Source of the DNA: Nitrospirota bacterium
GTDB lineage: Bacteria > Nitrospirota > Nitrospiria > Nitrospirales > Nitrospiraceae
Direction: 5' to 3'
Assembly (NCBI GenBank): GCA_963701855.1
Contig: CAVPBK010000004.1
Coordinates: 160,001-224,000, forward strand
Length of the DNA stretch: 64,000 nt
Shown one piece after another: positions 11,781 to 31,209 of the stretch. The translations under genes and the position numbers were made by a program. The notes below the pieces were generated by a model. It ran no database searches and was not told the origin of the DNA. It saw only the letters and a list, made by a program, of their open reading frames with translations. The stretch's first letter is position 1. Each line of letters opens with the position of its first letter.

Positions 11781-12074
11781 CTATGCGCTCTCGTAGAGCT
11801 CCAACTTCTCGCCTTCCTTGAGCTTGACAAAGGCCTTTTTCCAATCTGACCGCTTACCAGAGAAGCGCCCCAAGCGCTTCACCTTGCCCCGAACATTCAT
11901 CACATTCACTCGCTCGACCTTCACCTTCAACAATGTTTCAACCGCTTGCTTAATCTGGACACGATTCGCATCCGGGTGAACGAGAAAACCCACCGTGTTA
12001 TTGCTTTCACGCATCGCCGTAATCTTTTCCGTCAGCAACGGCTGCAACAGAATGCTATGGAGATCCACCTTCAT
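11781..12074 (-). CDS. rplW: 50S ribosomal protein L23
   Basis: [20 protein letters not shown]. Confidence 0.98.
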   Translation of the reverse strand: MKVDLHSILLQPLLTEKITAMRESNNTVGFLVHPDANRVQIKQAVETLLKVKVERVNVMNVRGKVKRLGRFSGKRSDWKKAFVKLKEGEKLELYESA

Positions 12075-12694
12075 GCCCAGACCTCCTTCACCCGCGGCAA
12101 CTCACGCTCAAGAATCAGAATCACTTCAGCACGAACAATATCGTAGACGTTCAGTCCTTCAGGCCCCACAACGCACACATTGGGAAGATTGCCTGCAGCT
12201 TGAGCCAATCCAGCATGCCCGGCACCCGCCACAATCAAGGCATAGGCCCCAGCGCCCAAATTGGCCAACGCTTGAGCCAATAGTTTCGTCTTGGGCTGGT
12301 CCAACGACAGACTCGATACGATCACCAATTGACCATCAGCCAACTTTGCCGACAGCGCACTTTGAAGGGCTGCACGATATTTCTTTTTCGGCATGCTGTA
12401 GGAATAATCACGTGGCTTCGGCCCAAACACCGATCCACCATGACGCCATACAGGAGAACGAATCGACCCTGCCCGTGCCCGCCCTGTATGCTTTTGCTTC
12501 CACGGCTTTTTACCGGACCCTGCCACTTCTCCTCGCCGCAATGTCGACGCCGTGCCCTGACGCTCACAGGCACGCTGCATCACCACCGCCTCATGAACTA
12601 AGGCCGAATGTGGTTTACAGCCGAATACTTCTTCGGGAAGATCGACGGATCCGACCTTCTGTCTCTTTAAATCAACGACATCAACCGTGGGCAT
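12071..12694 (-). CDS. rplD: 50S ribosomal protein L4
   Basis: KPWKQKHTGRARAGS, FGPKPR. Confidence 0.98.
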   Translation of the reverse strand: MPTVDVVDLKRQKVGSVDLPEEVFGCKPHSALVHEAVVMQRACERQGTASTLRRGEVAGSGKKPWKQKHTGRARAGSIRSPVWRHGGSVFGPKPRDYSYSMPKKKYRAALQSALSAKLADGQLVIVSSLSLDQPKTKLLAQALANLGAGAYALIVAGAGHAGLAQAAGNLPNVCVVGPEGLNVYDIVRAEVILILERELPRVKEVWA

Positions 12695-12697
12695 GCC

Positions 12698-13318
12698 CTA
12701 CCCCTTCTTCGACTTTCTCACCATGATCAGTCCATTTGCCGCACCAGGAATGGCCCCGCGAACGAACAGCAAGTTTTCATCAGGTCTGGATTCAATAACT
12801 CTTAATCTTTGGGCCGTAATCCTCTTCGCCCCCATGTGCCCAGGCAACGTCTTCCCTTTCCAGACACGAGAAGGATAGGAACTAGCACCCATCGAACCGG
12901 GATGACGATGGAACATCGACCCGTGAGATTCTGGGCCACCGGCATAATGATGCCGCTTTACTACCCCCTGAAATCCCTTTCCCTTCGAAATACCGATGAC
13001 ATCCACCCAGTCGCCTTTTTTGAAGATATCGACTTTGATGGATTGTCCCACTGTCACCTCACCGACCTTTTGAAACTCTCTGAGCACACGAGTGGCAGGA
13101 GCTTCCGTCTTCTTCAGATGACCAAGCTCGGCTTTGGACAACTTGCGTTCTTTCACTTCGCCAAAAGACAACTGGACGGATTCGTATCCATCACGCTCTT
13201 TTGTCTTGATCGTAACCACACGGCAAGGACCTGCCTCAATAACGGTCACAGGCGTAAACCGCGTCTCATCAAATATCTGGGTCATTCCTAGCTTTTTACC
13301 CAACAACCCGTTCGTCAT
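12698..13318 (-). CDS. rplC: 50S ribosomal protein L3
   Basis: GKKLGMTQ, SKGKGFQG. Confidence 0.98.
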   Translation of the reverse strand: MTNGLLGKKLGMTQIFDETRFTPVTVIEAGPCRVVTIKTKERDGYESVQLSFGEVKERKLSKAELGHLKKTEAPATRVLREFQKVGEVTVGQSIKVDIFKKGDWVDVIGISKGKGFQGVVKRHHYAGGPESHGSMFHRHPGSMGASSYPSRVWKGKTLPGHMGAKRITAQRLRVIESRPDENLLFVRGAIPGAANGLIMVRKSKKG

Positions 13319-13346
13319 GCGTAACGTTCCTTATCAGTCTCTAGTC

Positions 13347-13661
13347 TTAGAGCTTAATCTCGACATCTACGCCGGCGGCCAAGTTCAACTTCATCAGGGA
13401 ATCCATGGTTTCAGGAGTCGCATCCATGATGTCCATCAAACGCTTGTGAGTCCTGATTTCGAACTGTTCGCGAGCCTTCTTATCTGCATGCGTCGCACTT
13501 TGCACCGTAAACTTCTCGATGCGCGTAGGAAGCGGAATCGGCCCCACAATTTTTGCCCCGCTCCGGCGGACGGTTTCCACAATTTCTGCCACTGACTGGT
13601 CTAAGACGCGGTAATCAAACCCGCGCAATCGAATTCTAATTCTTTGCTCAACCTTAACCAT
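13347..13661 (-). CDS. rpsJ: 30S ribosomal protein S10
   Basis: [25 protein letters not shown]. Confidence 0.99.
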   Translation of the reverse strand: MVKVEQRIRIRLRGFDYRVLDQSVAEIVETVRRSGAKIVGPIPLPTRIEKFTVQSATHADKKAREQFEIRTHKRLMDIMDATPETMDSLMKLNLAAGVDVEIKL

Positions 13662-13688
13662 TCATTCCTCAATTCATCCGGCCAATCA

Positions 13689-14894
<1,206 letters not shown>

Positions 14895-14932
14895 ACCCGC
14901 TCCCTTTCGTCCGCACTCAAGAATCGACTCGA

Positions 14933-17014
14933 CTACTCACCCCGATACTTGGCAACAATGGCTTCTGAAATCTGCCTGGGCACCGGCTCGTATCGGTCAA
15001 ACTCCATACTATAGGTGGCACGACCCTGCGTTCGAGACCGAAGATCGGTTGCATACCCGAACATTTCACTGAGTGGCACTGACGCATCAATGACCTGAGC
15101 AGCCGCCCGCCCCTTCATACCTTGGATCTTGCCTCGACGACCGTTCAAATTGCCGATCACATCGCCCATAAAGTCCTGGGGAACCACAACTTCCACCTTC
15201 ATGATCGGCTCGAGCAACACCGGATCGGCTCTCTTACAAGCATCGAGAAATGCCATCGAACCGGCTATCTTAAACGCCATTTCATTGGAATCGACGTCAT
15301 GAAACGACCCGTCGATTACTGTAACCCGCACGTCGCGAAGCGGATAGCCCGCGATCACCCCGGAATCAAGCCGTTCCTTCACACCTTTTTCGATCGCAGG
15401 GATGAACTCTTTTGGAATAGAGCCTCCGACAGTCTTATTGATGAACTCCAAGCCTTTACCTGACTCAGTAGGTTCGACAGTCAACACGACGTGTCCATAC
15501 TGGCCACGACCACCGGTCTGCTTAATATATTTAGACTCAGCTTCAGCCTTCCTGCGAATCGTTTCCCGAAAGGCCACTTCCGGTTTTCCGACATTGGCCT
15601 CTACCTTGAACTCACGCAGCATACGATCGACGATGATTTCCAGATGCAGCTCCCCCATCCCTGCAATGATGGTCTGCGCGGTCTCTTCATCCGTCTTCAC
15701 CCGAAATGATGGATCTTCCTGCGCCAACTTCTGGAGCGCGAACCCCATCTTCTCTTGATCTTGCTTGGTTTTTGGCTCAATCGCCATGGCAATGACCGGC
15801 TCAGGAAACTTCATCACCTCGAGCAGGACCGGCTGCTTTTCATCCGCTAGCGTATCTCCGGTTGTCGCCCCCTTTAGTCCGACGGCTGCGACAATATCAC
15901 CCGCATAGGCCACATCGATATCTTCCCGCTTATTTGCATGCATCTTCAGAAGACGTCCAACGCGATCCCTCGTCCCCTTCGTCACATTCGAGACCGACGT
16001 TCCCGTCTTCAACGTGCCGGAATATACCCGTAGAAATGTGAGCTGACCCGCAAAGGGATCTGTCATAATCTTGAAGGCTAAGGCTGCGAAGGGCTCACTA
16101 TCTGACGGACGTCGCTTTACTTCCTGTTCGGTATTCGGATCAATCCCAGTCACTGATTCGACATCCAGAGGAGACGGAAGAAAATCTACGACCCCATCCA
16201 ACAACTGCTGCACGCCCTTGTTCTTAAAAGCCGACCCGCACAGAATAGGAGTCATCTTCATCGAAATCACGCCCGCACGAATAGCGCGACGAATCTCTTC
16301 TTCCGTTAAGGGCTGGCCATTGAGATACTTTTCCATTGCCTGCTCGTCAAATTCAGCAACCGCATCCAGCATTTTATCGCGGTATTCCTTAGCCCGGTCG
16401 AGCAGATCAGGAGGAATCTCCTTGACGATGTACTTGGCACCAAGCGTCTCGTCGTCGTACACATAGGCCTTCATTGTCACAAGATCGATCGACCCCTTAA
16501 ATTCAGACTCTCGCCCGATGGGAATCTGAATCGGAACAGGGTTTGCTCCCAACCGATCAATCATTGTCTGGACGCTGACATAGAAATCTGCGCCGATTCG
16601 GTCCATCTTGTTCATGAACGCAATCCTCGGCACACTATACTTATCCGCCTGCCGCCAGACCGTCTCCGATTGCGGCTCAACCCCCTGCACGGAGTCAAAC
16701 ACCGCCACAGCCCCATCGAGAACCCGAAGCGAACGCTCGACCTCAATCGTAAAATCAACGTGCCCTGGGGTGTCGATGATATTGATTCGGTGGTCTCGCC
16801 AGAAACAAGTCGTTGCAGCAGCCGTAATTGTAATACCGCGCTCCCGCTCCTGCTCCATCCAGTCCATCGTCGCCGCACCTTCGTGAACTTCACCCATCTT
16901 GTGTGAAATTCCTGTGTAGAAGAGGATGCGCTCCGTAGTCGTCGTCTTACCGGCATCAATGTGAGCCATGATGCCGATATTCCGAGTTTGCTCTAATGGT
17001 GATTGACGCGCCAC
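14933..17014 (-). CDS. fusA: Elongation factor G
   Basis: [23 protein letters not shown] start at 17014 chosen. Confidence 0.98.
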   Translation of the reverse strand: MARQSPLEQTRNIGIMAHIDAGKTTTTERILFYTGISHKMGEVHEGAATMDWMEQERERGITITAAATTCFWRDHRINIIDTPGHVDFTIEVERSLRVLDGAVAVFDSVQGVEPQSETVWRQADKYSVPRIAFMNKMDRIGADFYVSVQTMIDRLGANPVPIQIPIGRESEFKGSIDLVTMKAYVYDDETLGAKYIVKEIPPDLLDRAKEYRDKMLDAVAEFDEQAMEKYLNGQPLTEEEIRRAIRAGVISMKMTPILCGSAFKNKGVQQLLDGVVDFLPSPLDVESVTGIDPNTEQEVKRRPSDSEPFAALAFKIMTDPFAGQLTFLRVYSGTLKTGTSVSNVTKGTRDRVGRLLKMHANKREDIDVAYAGDIVAAVGLKGATTGDTLADEKQPVLLEVMKFPEPVIAMAIEPKTKQDQEKMGFALQKLAQEDPSFRVKTDEETAQTIIAGMGELHLEIIVDRMLREFKVEANVGKPEVAFRETIRRKAEAESKYIKQTGGRGQYGHVVLTVEPTESGKGLEFINKTVGGSIPKEFIPAIEKGVKERLDSGVIAGYPLRDVRVTVIDGSFHDVDSNEMAFKIAGSMAFLDACKRADPVLLEPIMKVEVVVPQDFMGDVIGNLNGRRGKIQGMKGRAAAQVIDASVPLSEMFGYATDLRSRTQGRATYSMEFDRYEPVPRQISEAIVAKYRGE

Positions 17015-17125
17015 GTACTTCCCCTGAAAAAATATATGCCGCAACCAGGGCCGGTGAAACGCTGCGATTTGCAATCACCCGCGTGAGCGGATCGCAGCAC
17101 GGCCCAGCTGCAGCACAGAACGACG

Positions 17126-17596
17126 CTACCAGCGATAATGCGCGAACGCCTTATTGGCTTCCGCCATCCGATGCACGTCTTCTCGCTTCTTAACCGCCGC
17201 CCCCGTATTGTTCGATGCGTCCAACAACTCAGCTGCAAGCTTCTCTCTCATACTCTTACCGCCTCGAGTCCTGGAATATTCCGCCAACCATCGAAGCGCC
17301 AGCGACATCCGGCGAGCCGGGCGAATTTCCACCGGCACCTGGTACGAGGCACCACCCACTCGACGCGACTTCACCTCAACGACTGGCTTCACATTATCAA
17401 GCGCTGACCGGAATACTTTAAGTGGATCGTTGCCGGTCTTCTCCTGAATAACATCGAAAGCTCCGTAGCAAATACGCTCAGCCGTACTCTTCTTTCCACC
17501 TGACATCAGAATATTCAAAAATTTCCCGACGAGCTTATCCCGATATCGCACATCAGGAAGTGGATCGCGGTGGTCTAAAAATCTAGTCCTTGGCAT
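17126..17596 (-). CDS. rpsG: 30S ribosomal protein S7
   Basis: [24 protein letters not shown]. Confidence 0.99.
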   Translation of the reverse strand: MPRTRFLDHRDPLPDVRYRDKLVGKFLNILMSGGKKSTAERICYGAFDVIQEKTGNDPLKVFRSALDNVKPVVEVKSRRVGGASYQVPVEIRPARRMSLALRWLAEYSRTRGGKSMREKLAAELLDASNNTGAAVKKREDVHRMAEANKAFAHYRW

Positions 17597-17636
17597 GTGT
17601 CATTCACTCTCTCATTACCAAACTGTGATAATTATC

Positions 17637-18008
17637 TTACTTGGGACGCTTCGCTCCATACTTCGAACGGCTCTGTTTTCGATCCGCCACACCGACAGCA
17701 TCAAGAGCACCTCTGACAATGTGGTAGCGCACACCCGGCAAGTCCTTCACACGACCGCCACGCACAAGTACGATGGAATGCTCTTGAAGGTTGTGGCCGA
17801 CACCGGGGATATATGTTGTGACTTCCATTCCGTTCGTCAACCTGACACGCGCAACTTTACGCAGCGCCGAGTTCGGCTTCTTCGGCGTTGAGGTATAGAC
17901 ACGAAGACAGACACCACGCTTCTGAGGACAGGACTTGAGTGCAGGACTCTTGGTCTTCCCGTGCGCTAGCTGGCGACCTTTTCTGACTAACTGATTAATT
18001 GTCGGCAT
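17637..18008 (-). CDS. rpsL: 30S ribosomal protein S12
   Basis: [26 protein letters not shown]. Confidence 0.99.
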   Translation of the reverse strand: MPTINQLVRKGRQLAHGKTKSPALKSCPQKRGVCLRVYTSTPKKPNSALRKVARVRLTNGMEVTTYIPGVGHNLQEHSIVLVRGGRVKDLPGVRYHIVRGALDAVGVADRKQSRSKYGAKRPK

Positions 18009-18080
18009 TAGTACGTCACTCTCATCTTCGTAACAGTTTGACCGTTTTCCACTTTAACCCTTCAGGGGCAGAGCCGGTGG

Positions 18081-18109
18081 ATTGTAGTGAGCATTGATCG
18101 CTGTGTCAA
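18081..18109 (-). promoter_or_regulatory. Sigma70-type promoter of the str operon
   Basis: Minus strand TTGACA-17 nt-TACAAT upstream of rpsL. Confidence 0.75.
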
Positions 18110-18131
18110 GCCTTCACTTTCATCGCTTGCA

Positions 18132-22310
<4,179 letters not shown>

Positions 22311-22359
22311 GGTAGTGACCTCCTCTGACGCCGACCGCTATGGCCGGCACACAAATGGG

Positions 22360-25300
22360 TTAGTCTTGCGACTTGACCAGTTCGACGTCGAGTCCCAAAC
22401 TCTGCAGCTCTTTGACCAAGACGTTAAACGACTCGGGCAATCCAGGCTCCAGGAATGGCTCACCCTTGACGATCGCTTCGTACATCCGCGATCGGCCCGG
22501 CACGTCGTCCGATTTGACCGTCAAGAACTCTTGCAGCGTGGACGCAGCCCCATAGGCCTGCAACGCCCACACTTCCATTTCTCCTAACCGCTGGCCGCCG
22601 AATTGGGCTTTGCCGCCGAGCGGTTGCTGCGTGACGAGCGAATAGGGACCGATTGACCGTGCGTGAATCTTGTCATCGACCAAGTGGTGGAGCTTCAAGA
22701 CATACATGTAGCCGACCGTGACGGGACTGCCGAACATTTCTCCGGTTCGACCGTCCATCAGCAGGGTTTGCCCGCTGGTCGGCAAGTTCGCTTTTTTGAG
22801 TAGTTCCTTAATCTCTGTTTCTGACGCCCCATCGAATACCGGGCTCGCCACCTTGATCCCCAATGCCTTGGCCGCCCAACCCAGGTGAGTTTCTAGAATT
22901 TGACCGACGTTCATTCGTGACGGCACGCCGAGTGGATTCAGCACAATTTCCACCGGAGTCCCATCCGGTAAGCAGGGCATGTCTTCCTCGGGTAAGACCC
23001 GAGAGACCACGCCTTTGTTTCCATGCCGCCCGGCCATCTTGTCGCCGACCTGAATTTTGCGCTTCATCGACACATAGACCTTGACGAGCTTGATCACACC
23101 AGGCGGAAGCTCATCGCCCCGCTTCAGGCGTCCCACCTTCTCGTCGTACAGCGTCTGAAGGATTTCGATCTGCTCCTTCGCCCGCCGCTCGACGTCTTCC
23201 AGTTCTTTCTGCTCGTCAGGATCGCTCAGAATGATGTAGCGGACCGTCTCATCCGGCAACCGTTTGAGAATCTCTGCGGTCAGCTTGCCCTTCTTTTTCA
23301 GAATGACATCGCCGCTCTCAGGATCCATCAAATCACGGCCGACCACCTTCCCCAGCAGCAGTTTTCTGAACTTCTTCGTTTTTTCTTCGTCGATGATACG
23401 AAGCTCCTCGTGGTGATCACGCTGGAGCTTCATCGCATCGTCGCTTTCGATACTCTTGGAACGTTCGTCCTTATCGAGCCCCTTGCGTGAAAAGATTTTC
23501 ACATCGACGACGATGCCCTCGACACCCGGCGGCACTGTGAGCGATGTATCCTTCACATCGCCCGCTTTCTCACCAAAGATGGCCCGCAGCAGCTTTTCTT
23601 CCGGCGTCAGCTGTGTTTCGCCTTTCGGCGTCACCTTCCCGACCAGAATATTTCCAGGCTTCACTTCGGCCCCGATACGGATAATCCCGCTCTCGTCAAG
23701 ATCGCGAAGCGCTTCCTCTCCAACGTTCGGAATGTCGCGCGTAATGTCCTCTTTCCCCAACTTGGTGTCGCGGGCCTCCACTTCGAATTCCTCAATGTGA
23801 ATCGAGGTGAACGCATCCTCACGCACCAGCTTTTCACTCAACAGAATGGCGTCTTCGAAGTTGTATCCGCCCCAGGGCATGAAGGCGACCAAAATGTTCT
23901 TACCCAATGCCAGTTCGCCATGATCGATGGCGGGACCGTCGGCTAAGACCTGTCCCACTTTCACGGGCTGCCCAAGCCGAACCACTGGCGTCTGCGTAAT
24001 GGTCGTACTTTGATTCGATCGCTGAAACTTGATCAGATCGTACACGTCCAAGCCGGCATCATTTCTTTTCCGACCTTCTTTCGAGTCGGCACGCACAACG
24101 ATCCTCGTGGCATCCACGCTTTCCACGACACCGGCACGCCGGGCCTGCACGACATAGCCCGAATCACGCGCGACCACGGTTTCCATTCCCGTACCGACTA
24201 ACGGAGCCTCCGACTTAAGCAGCGGCACCGCCTGACGCTGCATGTTCGATCCCATCAAGGCACGGTTGGCGTCGTCATGTTCCAAGAACGGCACCAAGGC
24301 AGTAGCCACGCTCACCACCTGTTTCGGCGACACGTCCATGTACTCGATCTTATCTGAGGTGGCTGTCACGAAATCTCCGGCAGCTCGCGCCGAAATATTT
24401 TCGGATACCAGGCGGCCAGACGCATCCACTTTGGAGTTCGCCTGTGCGATGATGTACTTATCCCCTTCGATCGCGGAAAGAAACTCGATTTCGTCGGTAA
24501 CCCGCCCCTTCACCACTTTGCGATATGGCGCTTCAATAAATCCAAACTTATTGATGCGCGCATAGGTCGCCAACGACGTGATCAAGCCGATGTTCGGGCC
24601 TTCCGGCGTTTCAATCGGACAAATACGGCTATAGTGCGAAGGATGGACGTCGCGAACTTCGAACCCCGCTCGCTCTCTGGTCAACCCGCCGGGACCGAGC
24701 GCAGAAAGCCGCCGTTTGTGTGTAATTTCTGCGAGCGGGTTCGTTTGGTCCATGAATTGAGACAGCTGGCTGCTGCTGAAGAACTCTTTCACGGCAGCGA
24801 CCACGGGCTTCGCATTGATCAAATCGTGCGGCAGCACTGTTTCCATATCCAGCAGATTCATCCGTTCCTTGATACTGCGCTCCATGCGGACTAACCCGAG
24901 TCGGAATTGGTTCTCCAACAACTCGCCGACCGAACGGACACGACGATTGCCCAGGTGGTCGATGTCGTCGATTTCGCCCTTGCCCAGTTTCAAGTTCACG
25001 AGATAGCGAATCACCTCGACCATGTCCTGCGCCGTTAGCGTCCGCTGCTCCAGCGGCAGATCGAGACCCAGCTTCTTATTCAACTTCAGGCGCCCAACCG
25101 GCGAAAGATCGTACCGCTTGGAGTTCATGAACAGATTGTCGAAGAGTGCTCGCGCCGTGTCGACTGAGGGCGTTTCTCCCGGCCGCAAGCGGCGATAGAT
25201 CTCGACCATCGCCTCCTCTTTGGAGACGGTCTTATCCATCTCCAAGGTGTCCAGAATCACCGGCGTCGATGTAACCGTATCGAAGTAGATCGCCTTGAAT

Positions 25301-26316
25301 TCTTCAATGTCGCTTTCGAGCAGCGACTCGACAATCTCAGCGGTGAGCCGCTGATTTTTCTCAGCTATCTTGTTTTTCTTTGAATCCACCAGTTCGGTCA
25401 GGACCGCACGACCGACCAATTCGCTCGGCGCAAGCGGGATTTCCTTCACGCCAGCCGCCTTGAGCTTTGCGATGAGCCCCTTCGTAAGCTTGGCGCCTTC
25501 CCGCACCAATGGTTCCTTGCCGCCTTTTTCTAACACTTCCGCCGAACAGCGCAGACCCTGATGAATCTCAGGGTCGAGTTTTCGCAGCATCTTGCCCTTG
25601 GCGATCCGAATCTCCTCGACCGGGTAATACATCTTGAGCAAATCGTCGCCCGAATACCCGAAGGCCTTCAACAGAATGGTCGTCGGCATTTTTCGCCGAC
25701 GGTCAATGCGCACATAGAGAATATCGCGAGCATCGAATTCGAAATCCAACCACGATCCGCGATAGGGAATGATTCTGGCAGAGTACAACACCTTGCCGCT
25801 GGAGTGCGTCCGGCCCTTATCGTGCGTAAAAGACGCCCCCGGAGACCGATGCAACTGACTGACCACCACACGTTCCGTGCCATTGACAATGAAAGTTCCC
25901 CGCTCCGTCATGAGCGGCAGCTCGCCGACGTAGACTTCCTGCTCTCGGACGTCGAGCACCTTTTTCTTGGAACCCTTATCTTCCTTGTCGAACACGACCA
26001 AGCGTACTCGGAGCTTGAGTGGAACAGCAAAGGTCATTCCCTGTTCAAGGCATTCTCGCTCATCGTACTTTGGGGTGCCGAGCGTGTAGCTCGTAAACTC
26101 CAATACGGCCGTATTGTTGTAGTCCGGAATCGGAAAGACGCTCGCCAGGGCTGCCTGGAGCCCATGATCTTTGCGACGTTCCGGCTCGACCTCCCGCTGA
26201 AGAAATTCTTCATAGGAGCGCTTCTGGATCTCAATAAGATCGGGAATTTCGATGCTGCTATGAATGCGAGAGTAGTCTTTTCGCTCGATAAACTCTTGCA
26301 GAGTCGTTTCGGACAT
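22360..26316 (-). CDS. rpoB: RNA polymerase beta subunit
   Basis: [31 protein letters not shown]; start MSETT chosen. Confidence 0.98.
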   Translation of the reverse strand: MSETTLQEFIERKDYSRIHSSIEIPDLIEIQKRSYEEFLQREVEPERRKDHGLQAALASVFPIPDYNNTAVLEFTSYTLGTPKYDERECLEQGMTFAVPLKLRVRLVVFDKEDKGSKKKVLDVREQEVYVGELPLMTERGTFIVNGTERVVVSQLHRSPGASFTHDKGRTHSSGKVLYSARIIPYRGSWLDFEFDARDILYVRIDRRRKMPTTILLKAFGYSGDDLLKMYYPVEEIRIAKGKMLRKLDPEIHQGLRCSAEVLEKGGKEPLVREGAKLTKGLIAKLKAAGVKEIPLAPSELVGRAVLTELVDSKKNKIAEKNQRLTAEIVESLLESDIEEFKAIYFDTVTSTPVILDTLEMDKTVSKEEAMVEIYRRLRPGETPSVDTARALFDNLFMNSKRYDLSPVGRLKLNKKLGLDLPLEQRTLTAQDMVEVIRYLVNLKLGKGEIDDIDHLGNRRVRSVGELLENQFRLGLVRMERSIKERMNLLDMETVLPHDLINAKPVVAAVKEFFSSSQLSQFMDQTNPLAEITHKRRLSALGPGGLTRERAGFEVRDVHPSHYSRICPIETPEGPNIGLITSLATYARINKFGFIEAPYRKVVKGRVTDEIEFLSAIEGDKYIIAQANSKVDASGRLVSENISARAAGDFVTATSDKIEYMDVSPKQVVSVATALVPFLEHDDANRALMGSNMQRQAVPLLKSEAPLVGTGMETVVARDSGYVVQARRAGVVESVDATRIVVRADSKEGRKRNDAGLDVYDLIKFQRSNQSTTITQTPVVRLGQPVKVGQVLADGPAIDHGELALGKNILVAFMPWGGYNFEDAILLSEKLVREDAFTSIHIEEFEVEARDTKLGKEDITRDIPNVGEEALRDLDESGIIRIGAEVKPGNILVGKVTPKGETQLTPEEKLLRAIFGEKAGDVKDTSLTVPPGVEGIVVDVKIFSRKGLDKDERSKSIESDDAMKLQRDHHEELRIIDEEKTKKFRKLLLGKVVGRDLMDPESGDVILKKKGKLTAEILKRLPDETVRYIILSDPDEQKELEDVERRAKEQIEILQTLYDEKVGRLKRGDELPPGVIKLVKVYVSMKRKIQVGDKMAGRHGNKGVVSRVLPEEDMPCLPDGTPVEIVLNPLGVPSRMNVGQILETHLGWAAKALGIKVASPVFDGASETEIKELLKKANLPTSGQTLLMDGRTGEMFGSPVTVGYMYVLKLHHLVDDKIHARSIGPYSLVTQQPLGGKAQFGGQRLGEMEVWALQAYGAASTLQEFLTVKSDDVPGRSRMYEAIVKGEPFLEPGLPESFNVLVKELQSLGLDVELVKSQD

Positions 26317-26403
26317 TCGCCGGTCCTCCACTACACAATGGGCAAACTTGGGCGCCCGCACATGGCAGACGCCCACAGATTCTAGAGACTGGTCAAATCG
26401 AGA

Positions 26404-26802
26404 CTACTTGATCTCGACCTTGGCGCCGCTCTCTTCGAGCTTCTTCTTCATGGTGTCGCATTCTTCCTTCGTCACACCGGTCTTCACAGGCTTTGGCGCG
26501 CCTTCGACCAGATCCTTCGCTTCCTTCAACCCGAGGCTGGTGAGTTCGCGAACGACCTTAATGACTTGGATTTTCTTGTCCGCCGGAGCAGACACAAGCA
26601 CGACGTCGAACGCTGTCTTCTCTTCAGCTGCAGCGGCGGCACCCCCACCTGCTGCAGGAGCGGCAGCAGCGACCGGTGCGGCAGCAGTGACGCCGAATCG
26701 AGCCTCTAACCCCTTCACGAGTTCTGCTAAATCGAGCACACTCATCGTCTCGATGGCCTTGATTAACTCTTCCTGTGATAATTTTGCCGTGGTCGTTGAC
26801 AT
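26404..26802 (-). CDS. rplL: 50S ribosomal protein L7/L12, predicted internal in-frame start
   Basis: AAGGAG SD 8 nt upstream of in-frame ATG at 26802 (MSTTTAK...). Confidence 0.8.
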   Translation of the reverse strand: MSTTTAKLSQEELIKAIETMSVLDLAELVKGLEARFGVTAAAPVAAAAPAAGGGAAAAAEEKTAFDVVLVSAPADKKIQVIKVVRELTSLGLKEAKDLVEGAPKPVKTGVTKEECDTMKKKLEESGAKVEIK

Positions 26803-27336
26803 GTCCCCATCTCCTTTTCGTTTGTCTTGAATGGCTGCAATGACTCTCACAAATTTCGACAAGACCGCGCTAAGCGTATACACCAGGCCACGCGCCGGTC
26901 CCTGCATGGCCGACAATAACATCGCAATGAGAACTTCCTTCTTCGGCAGCTTCGCAACCGCCGCCAACTCAGCCGGCTGCACCACCTTGCCTTCCAACAC
27001 ACCGATGGTGATCTTAATCTTCTGTTCGCGCTTCTCCGCCAGAATAAAATCCCGAAGGATCTTGGTGGGGAGCACCGGATCGTCATAGCCGATCACCAGC
27101 CCCGTCGGTCCCTTAAGATACGTCTTCACCCCTGAAAGGATCGTGCCCTCAGAAGCACGGGCAGCCAACGTATTCTTCACGACCTTGTATTCGGCTTTGG
27201 CGCCTCGCAACAGCTTGCGAAGTTCCGTAACCTGGTTGACGGAAAGCCCGGCACTTTCGGTGACTATGGCAAGCCGTGCACGACCGAATGTCTCCGTCAA
27301 CTCTGCAACGGCTGTCGATTTCTCGTCCTTATTCAT
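26404..27336 (-). CDS. rplJ: Fused 50S ribosomal protein L10-L7/L12 (310 aa)
   Basis: N-terminal L10 (VVKNTLA, LKGPTG, VAKLP) continues without a stop into L12 ([32 protein letters not shown]). Confidence 0.93.
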   Translation of the reverse strand: MNKDEKSTAVAELTETFGRARLAIVTESAGLSVNQVTELRKLLRGAKAEYKVVKNTLAARASEGTILSGVKTYLKGPTGLVIGYDDPVLPTKILRDFILAEKREQKIKITIGVLEGKVVQPAELAAVAKLPKKEVLIAMLLSAMQGPARGLVYTLSAVLSKFVRVIAAIQDKRKGDGDMSTTTAKLSQEELIKAIETMSVLDLAELVKGLEARFGVTAAAPVAAAAPAAGGGAAAAAEEKTAFDVVLVSAPADKKIQVIKVVRELTSLGLKEAKDLVEGAPKPVKTGVTKEECDTMKKKLEESGAKVEIK

Positions 27337-27373
27337 AATCGAACCCTTCCCCTTCCACGCGGCAACACCCCGA

Positions 27374-28066
27374 CTAACTCCACTCCTTGGCTAACGCAAT
27401 GGCGTCAAGCTTCACCCCAGGCCCCATCGTGCTCGAAAGAGTCGCGCTCATCAGATAGCGCCCTTTGCACGAGGCGGGCTTTGCTTTGATCACGGCCTCA
27501 AGAACCGCCGCAGCATTGTCATAGAGCTGCTCAGGCTGAAACGATACCTTCCCGACAGGCACCTGAATGATTCCGGCCTTTTCAACCTTGTACTCCACAC
27601 GACCCTTACGGATTTCCGACACGGCCTTGCCGACGTCAAAGGTCACGGTCCCGGTCTTCGGATTCGGCATAAGCCCGCGAGGGCCCAGAGCCTTTCCGAG
27701 CTTCCCGACGGCCGCCATGAGATCCGGAGTCGAAATGGCACAATCGAAGTCCAGCCATCCACCCTTGATCTTTTCCATCAAGTCATCGGACCCGACATAG
27801 TCCGCTCCGGCTTGCCGCGCCTCCTGCTCCTTCTCTCCCTTGGCAAAGACCAGCACGCGCACTTTCTTCCCCGTGCCATGCGGCAGCGAGGTCGTGCCAC
27901 GCACCATTTGGTCCGCACGTTTAGGATCGACGCCTAGGCGAAGCGCCAGATCGACGGATTCATCAAACTTTGTGAAGGCTGAACGCTTCACCGCCTCGAC
28001 TGCCTCACGCAGAGCATAGGTCCGAGGTTCAAGCTTCTCAACTGCCGCTCTCATCTTCTTCCCCAT
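27374..28066 (-). CDS. rplA: 50S ribosomal protein L1
   Basis: [27 protein letters not shown]. Confidence 0.99.
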   Translation of the reverse strand: MGKKMRAAVEKLEPRTYALREAVEAVKRSAFTKFDESVDLALRLGVDPKRADQMVRGTTSLPHGTGKKVRVLVFAKGEKEQEARQAGADYVGSDDLMEKIKGGWLDFDCAISTPDLMAAVGKLGKALGPRGLMPNPKTGTVTFDVGKAVSEIRKGRVEYKVEKAGIIQVPVGKVSFQPEQLYDNAAAVLEAVIKAKPASCKGRYLMSATLSSTMGPGVKLDAIALAKEWS

Positions 28067-28139
28067 TTCCGTTCTCCCCTCTACACCATCGCAAATTCTG
28101 GATCGGGCAGTACGTGGCAGTCCTGCCTGATCTAACGCC

Positions 28140-28565
28140 TCACCCTTGAACTACCACTCCCATACTGCGCGCCGTCCCCTCAATGATCTTGATCGCCCCC
28201 TCAAGATCGACGGCATTGAGATCCGTCAGCTTTTTTTGTGCGATCTCACGCAACTGCGCCTTTGTAATCTTTCCGACCTTGTCTTTCTGGGGAACACCTG
28301 ATCCCTTAATGATACCCGCAGCCTTCTTCAAGAGATCGGACGCCGGCGGAGTTTTCATCACAAAGGTAAACGACCGGTCCTTGTAGACCGTGATGACCAC
28401 CGGGATGATGCTATCCCCTTCTTTTTGCGTCTTCGCGTTGAACTGCTTGCAAAACTCCATGATGTTGACACCGTGCTGACCCAGCGACGGTCCGACAGGG
28501 GGAGCCGGGTTTGCCTTCCCGGCTGGAATCTGCAACTTAATCTGTGCCGATACTTCCTTGGCCAT
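28140..28565 (-). CDS. rplK: 50S ribosomal protein L11
   Basis: [20 protein letters not shown]. Confidence 0.99.
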   Translation of the reverse strand: MAKEVSAQIKLQIPAGKANPAPPVGPSLGQHGVNIMEFCKQFNAKTQKEGDSIIPVVITVYKDRSFTFVMKTPPASDLLKKAAGIIKGSGVPQKDKVGKITKAQLREIAQKKLTDLNAVDLEGAIKIIEGTARSMGVVVQG

Positions 28566-28602
28566 GTCCTACACTCCTACCCGCGTTCGACCATTTCGGA
28601 GG

Positions 28603-29139
28603 TTAAATCCGCTCAACTTGCAAAAACCCAAGCTCCACCGGAGTGGAGCGTCCAAAAATACTGACCAGGACTTTAAGCCGGGCATGGTCCTGAGCCACTT
28701 CGTCCACCACACCATTAAATCCAAGAAACGGCCCATCGATGATCCGCACATTATCCGTCTTGATAAATTTGACCTGTTCACGTGGCCCGGACGCTCCCAC
28801 ATCAACCTGCTTCAACAGCGACTCTACTTCGCCCATCGACAAGGGTGTAGGCTGCGCACCAGCGCCGACAAATCCTGTGACCTTCGGCGTCTCTTTGATC
28901 ATCTGCAAGGTCTCATCGATGAGCGGGGACTCCAACTCCACAATCACATAACCCGGGAAAAACTTTCGTCGAGACGTTCGGCGCTTACCGTCCTTGATCT
29001 CGATCACATCCTCCGTCGGCACGAGTACCTGTCCCAGCTTCTCAACCAATCCCATTTGATTGGCTCGTTCCAGTAAGCTGGTCTTCACCCGTCCCTCGAA
29101 GCCTGCGTAGGTATGAATGACGTACCAATTCTTTGCCAT
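28603..29139 (-). CDS. nusG: Transcription factor NusG
   Basis: WYVIHTYAGFE, FPGY, KOW DGPF, IFGRSTPVEL. Confidence 0.99.
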   Translation of the reverse strand: MAKNWYVIHTYAGFEGRVKTSLLERANQMGLVEKLGQVLVPTEDVIEIKDGKRRTSRRKFFPGYVIVELESPLIDETLQMIKETPKVTGFVGAGAQPTPLSMGEVESLLKQVDVGASGPREQVKFIKTDNVRIIDGPFLGFNGVVDEVAQDHARLKVLVSIFGRSTPVELGFLQVERI

Positions 29140-29203
29140 GCCCTACCCTCGGATCATTGGTTGACTGTATGTCATGCGGAGGCTCTCACTTCCTGATATC
29201 TGT

Positions 29204-29398
29204 CTATATAATCTTGCTCACTACCCATACGAGAATCGAGTCGACGGCCGACAGATACAGAGACATGATGATGCAGAAGACAATGACCACTGTCGTGGAC
29301 CCGATCGTTTCGGCCCGAGTCGGAAACGACACTTTCTTCAACTCTCCACGCACATCGATGAAGAACTCTCGGATAGAATCCGTAAACTTCCTGAACAT
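29204..29398 (-). CDS. secE: Preprotein translocase SecE
   Basis: ELKKVSFP motif plus single TM helix; between tRNA-Trp and nusG. Confidence 0.95.
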   Translation of the reverse strand: MFRKFTDSIREFFIDVRGELKKVSFPTRAETIGSTTVVIVFCIIMSLYLSAVDSILVWVVSKII

Positions 29399-29532
29399 GC
29401 GCACCTCACCTTCGCTTCTTAGAGAGAGAGAACGCGCTTCGCCCCCTCACCTCGCCCAACTTCCCCGCTCGCCACAAACCTACTCGCAATCTACCGTCGG
29501 TATTGATCCTGACCCTTCCACTACCCAGCGAT

Positions 29533-29607
29533 TGGCAGGGGCACTAGGATTTGAACCCAGACTCTCGGTTTTGGAGACCGATGTGCTACCATTGACACCA
29601 TGCCCCT
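29533..29607 (-). tRNA. tRNA-Trp (CCA)
   Basis: Cloverleaf AGGGGCA...TGCCCCT-GCCA, anticodon loop CTCCAAA, GGTTCAAATCC T-arm. Confidence 0.96.
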
Positions 29608-29646
29608 ACGACGGCTGACACCCAGCCATTGAGCCGGCAGCCCAAC

Positions 29647-29796
29647 TTACTTCACTTCCTTATGGGCAATGTGTTTCCGACAGAACTTGCAGAACTTATT
29701 CCGCTCAAGCCGATCCGGATCGTTCTTCTTATTCTTCATCGTGGAATAGTTCCGCTGCTTGCAGATCGTGCATGCCAAATCAATGATCTCTCGCAT
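29647..29796 (-). CDS. rpmG: 50S ribosomal protein L33 (Zn type)
   Basis: Manual translation [49 protein letters not shown]. Confidence 0.96.
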   Translation of the reverse strand: MREIIDLACTICKQRNYSTMKNKKNDPDRLERNKFCKFCRKHIAHKEVK

Positions 29797-29834
29797 CTCA
29801 ATACTCCCATGCCGTCATACGACAACAGTCAGAT

Positions 29835-31040
<1,206 letters not shown>

Positions 31041-31123
31041 ACCGTACTCCTTTTCTAAAAATCCCCGGAAGCCCTACCGCCTCACGCACTCTTAATGAGC
31101 CCATGGATCGAGCGATCTCTTCC

Positions 31124-31199
31124 TGGAGCCCACGACGCGGATCGAACGCGTGACCTCGTCCTTACCAAGGACGTGCTCTACCAACTGAGCTACGTGGGC
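31124..31199 (-). tRNA. tRNA-Thr (GGT)
   Basis: GCCCACG...CGTGGGC-TCCA, anticodon loop TTGGTAA. Confidence 0.96.
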
Positions 31200-31209
31200 G
31201 TCCCTCTCC

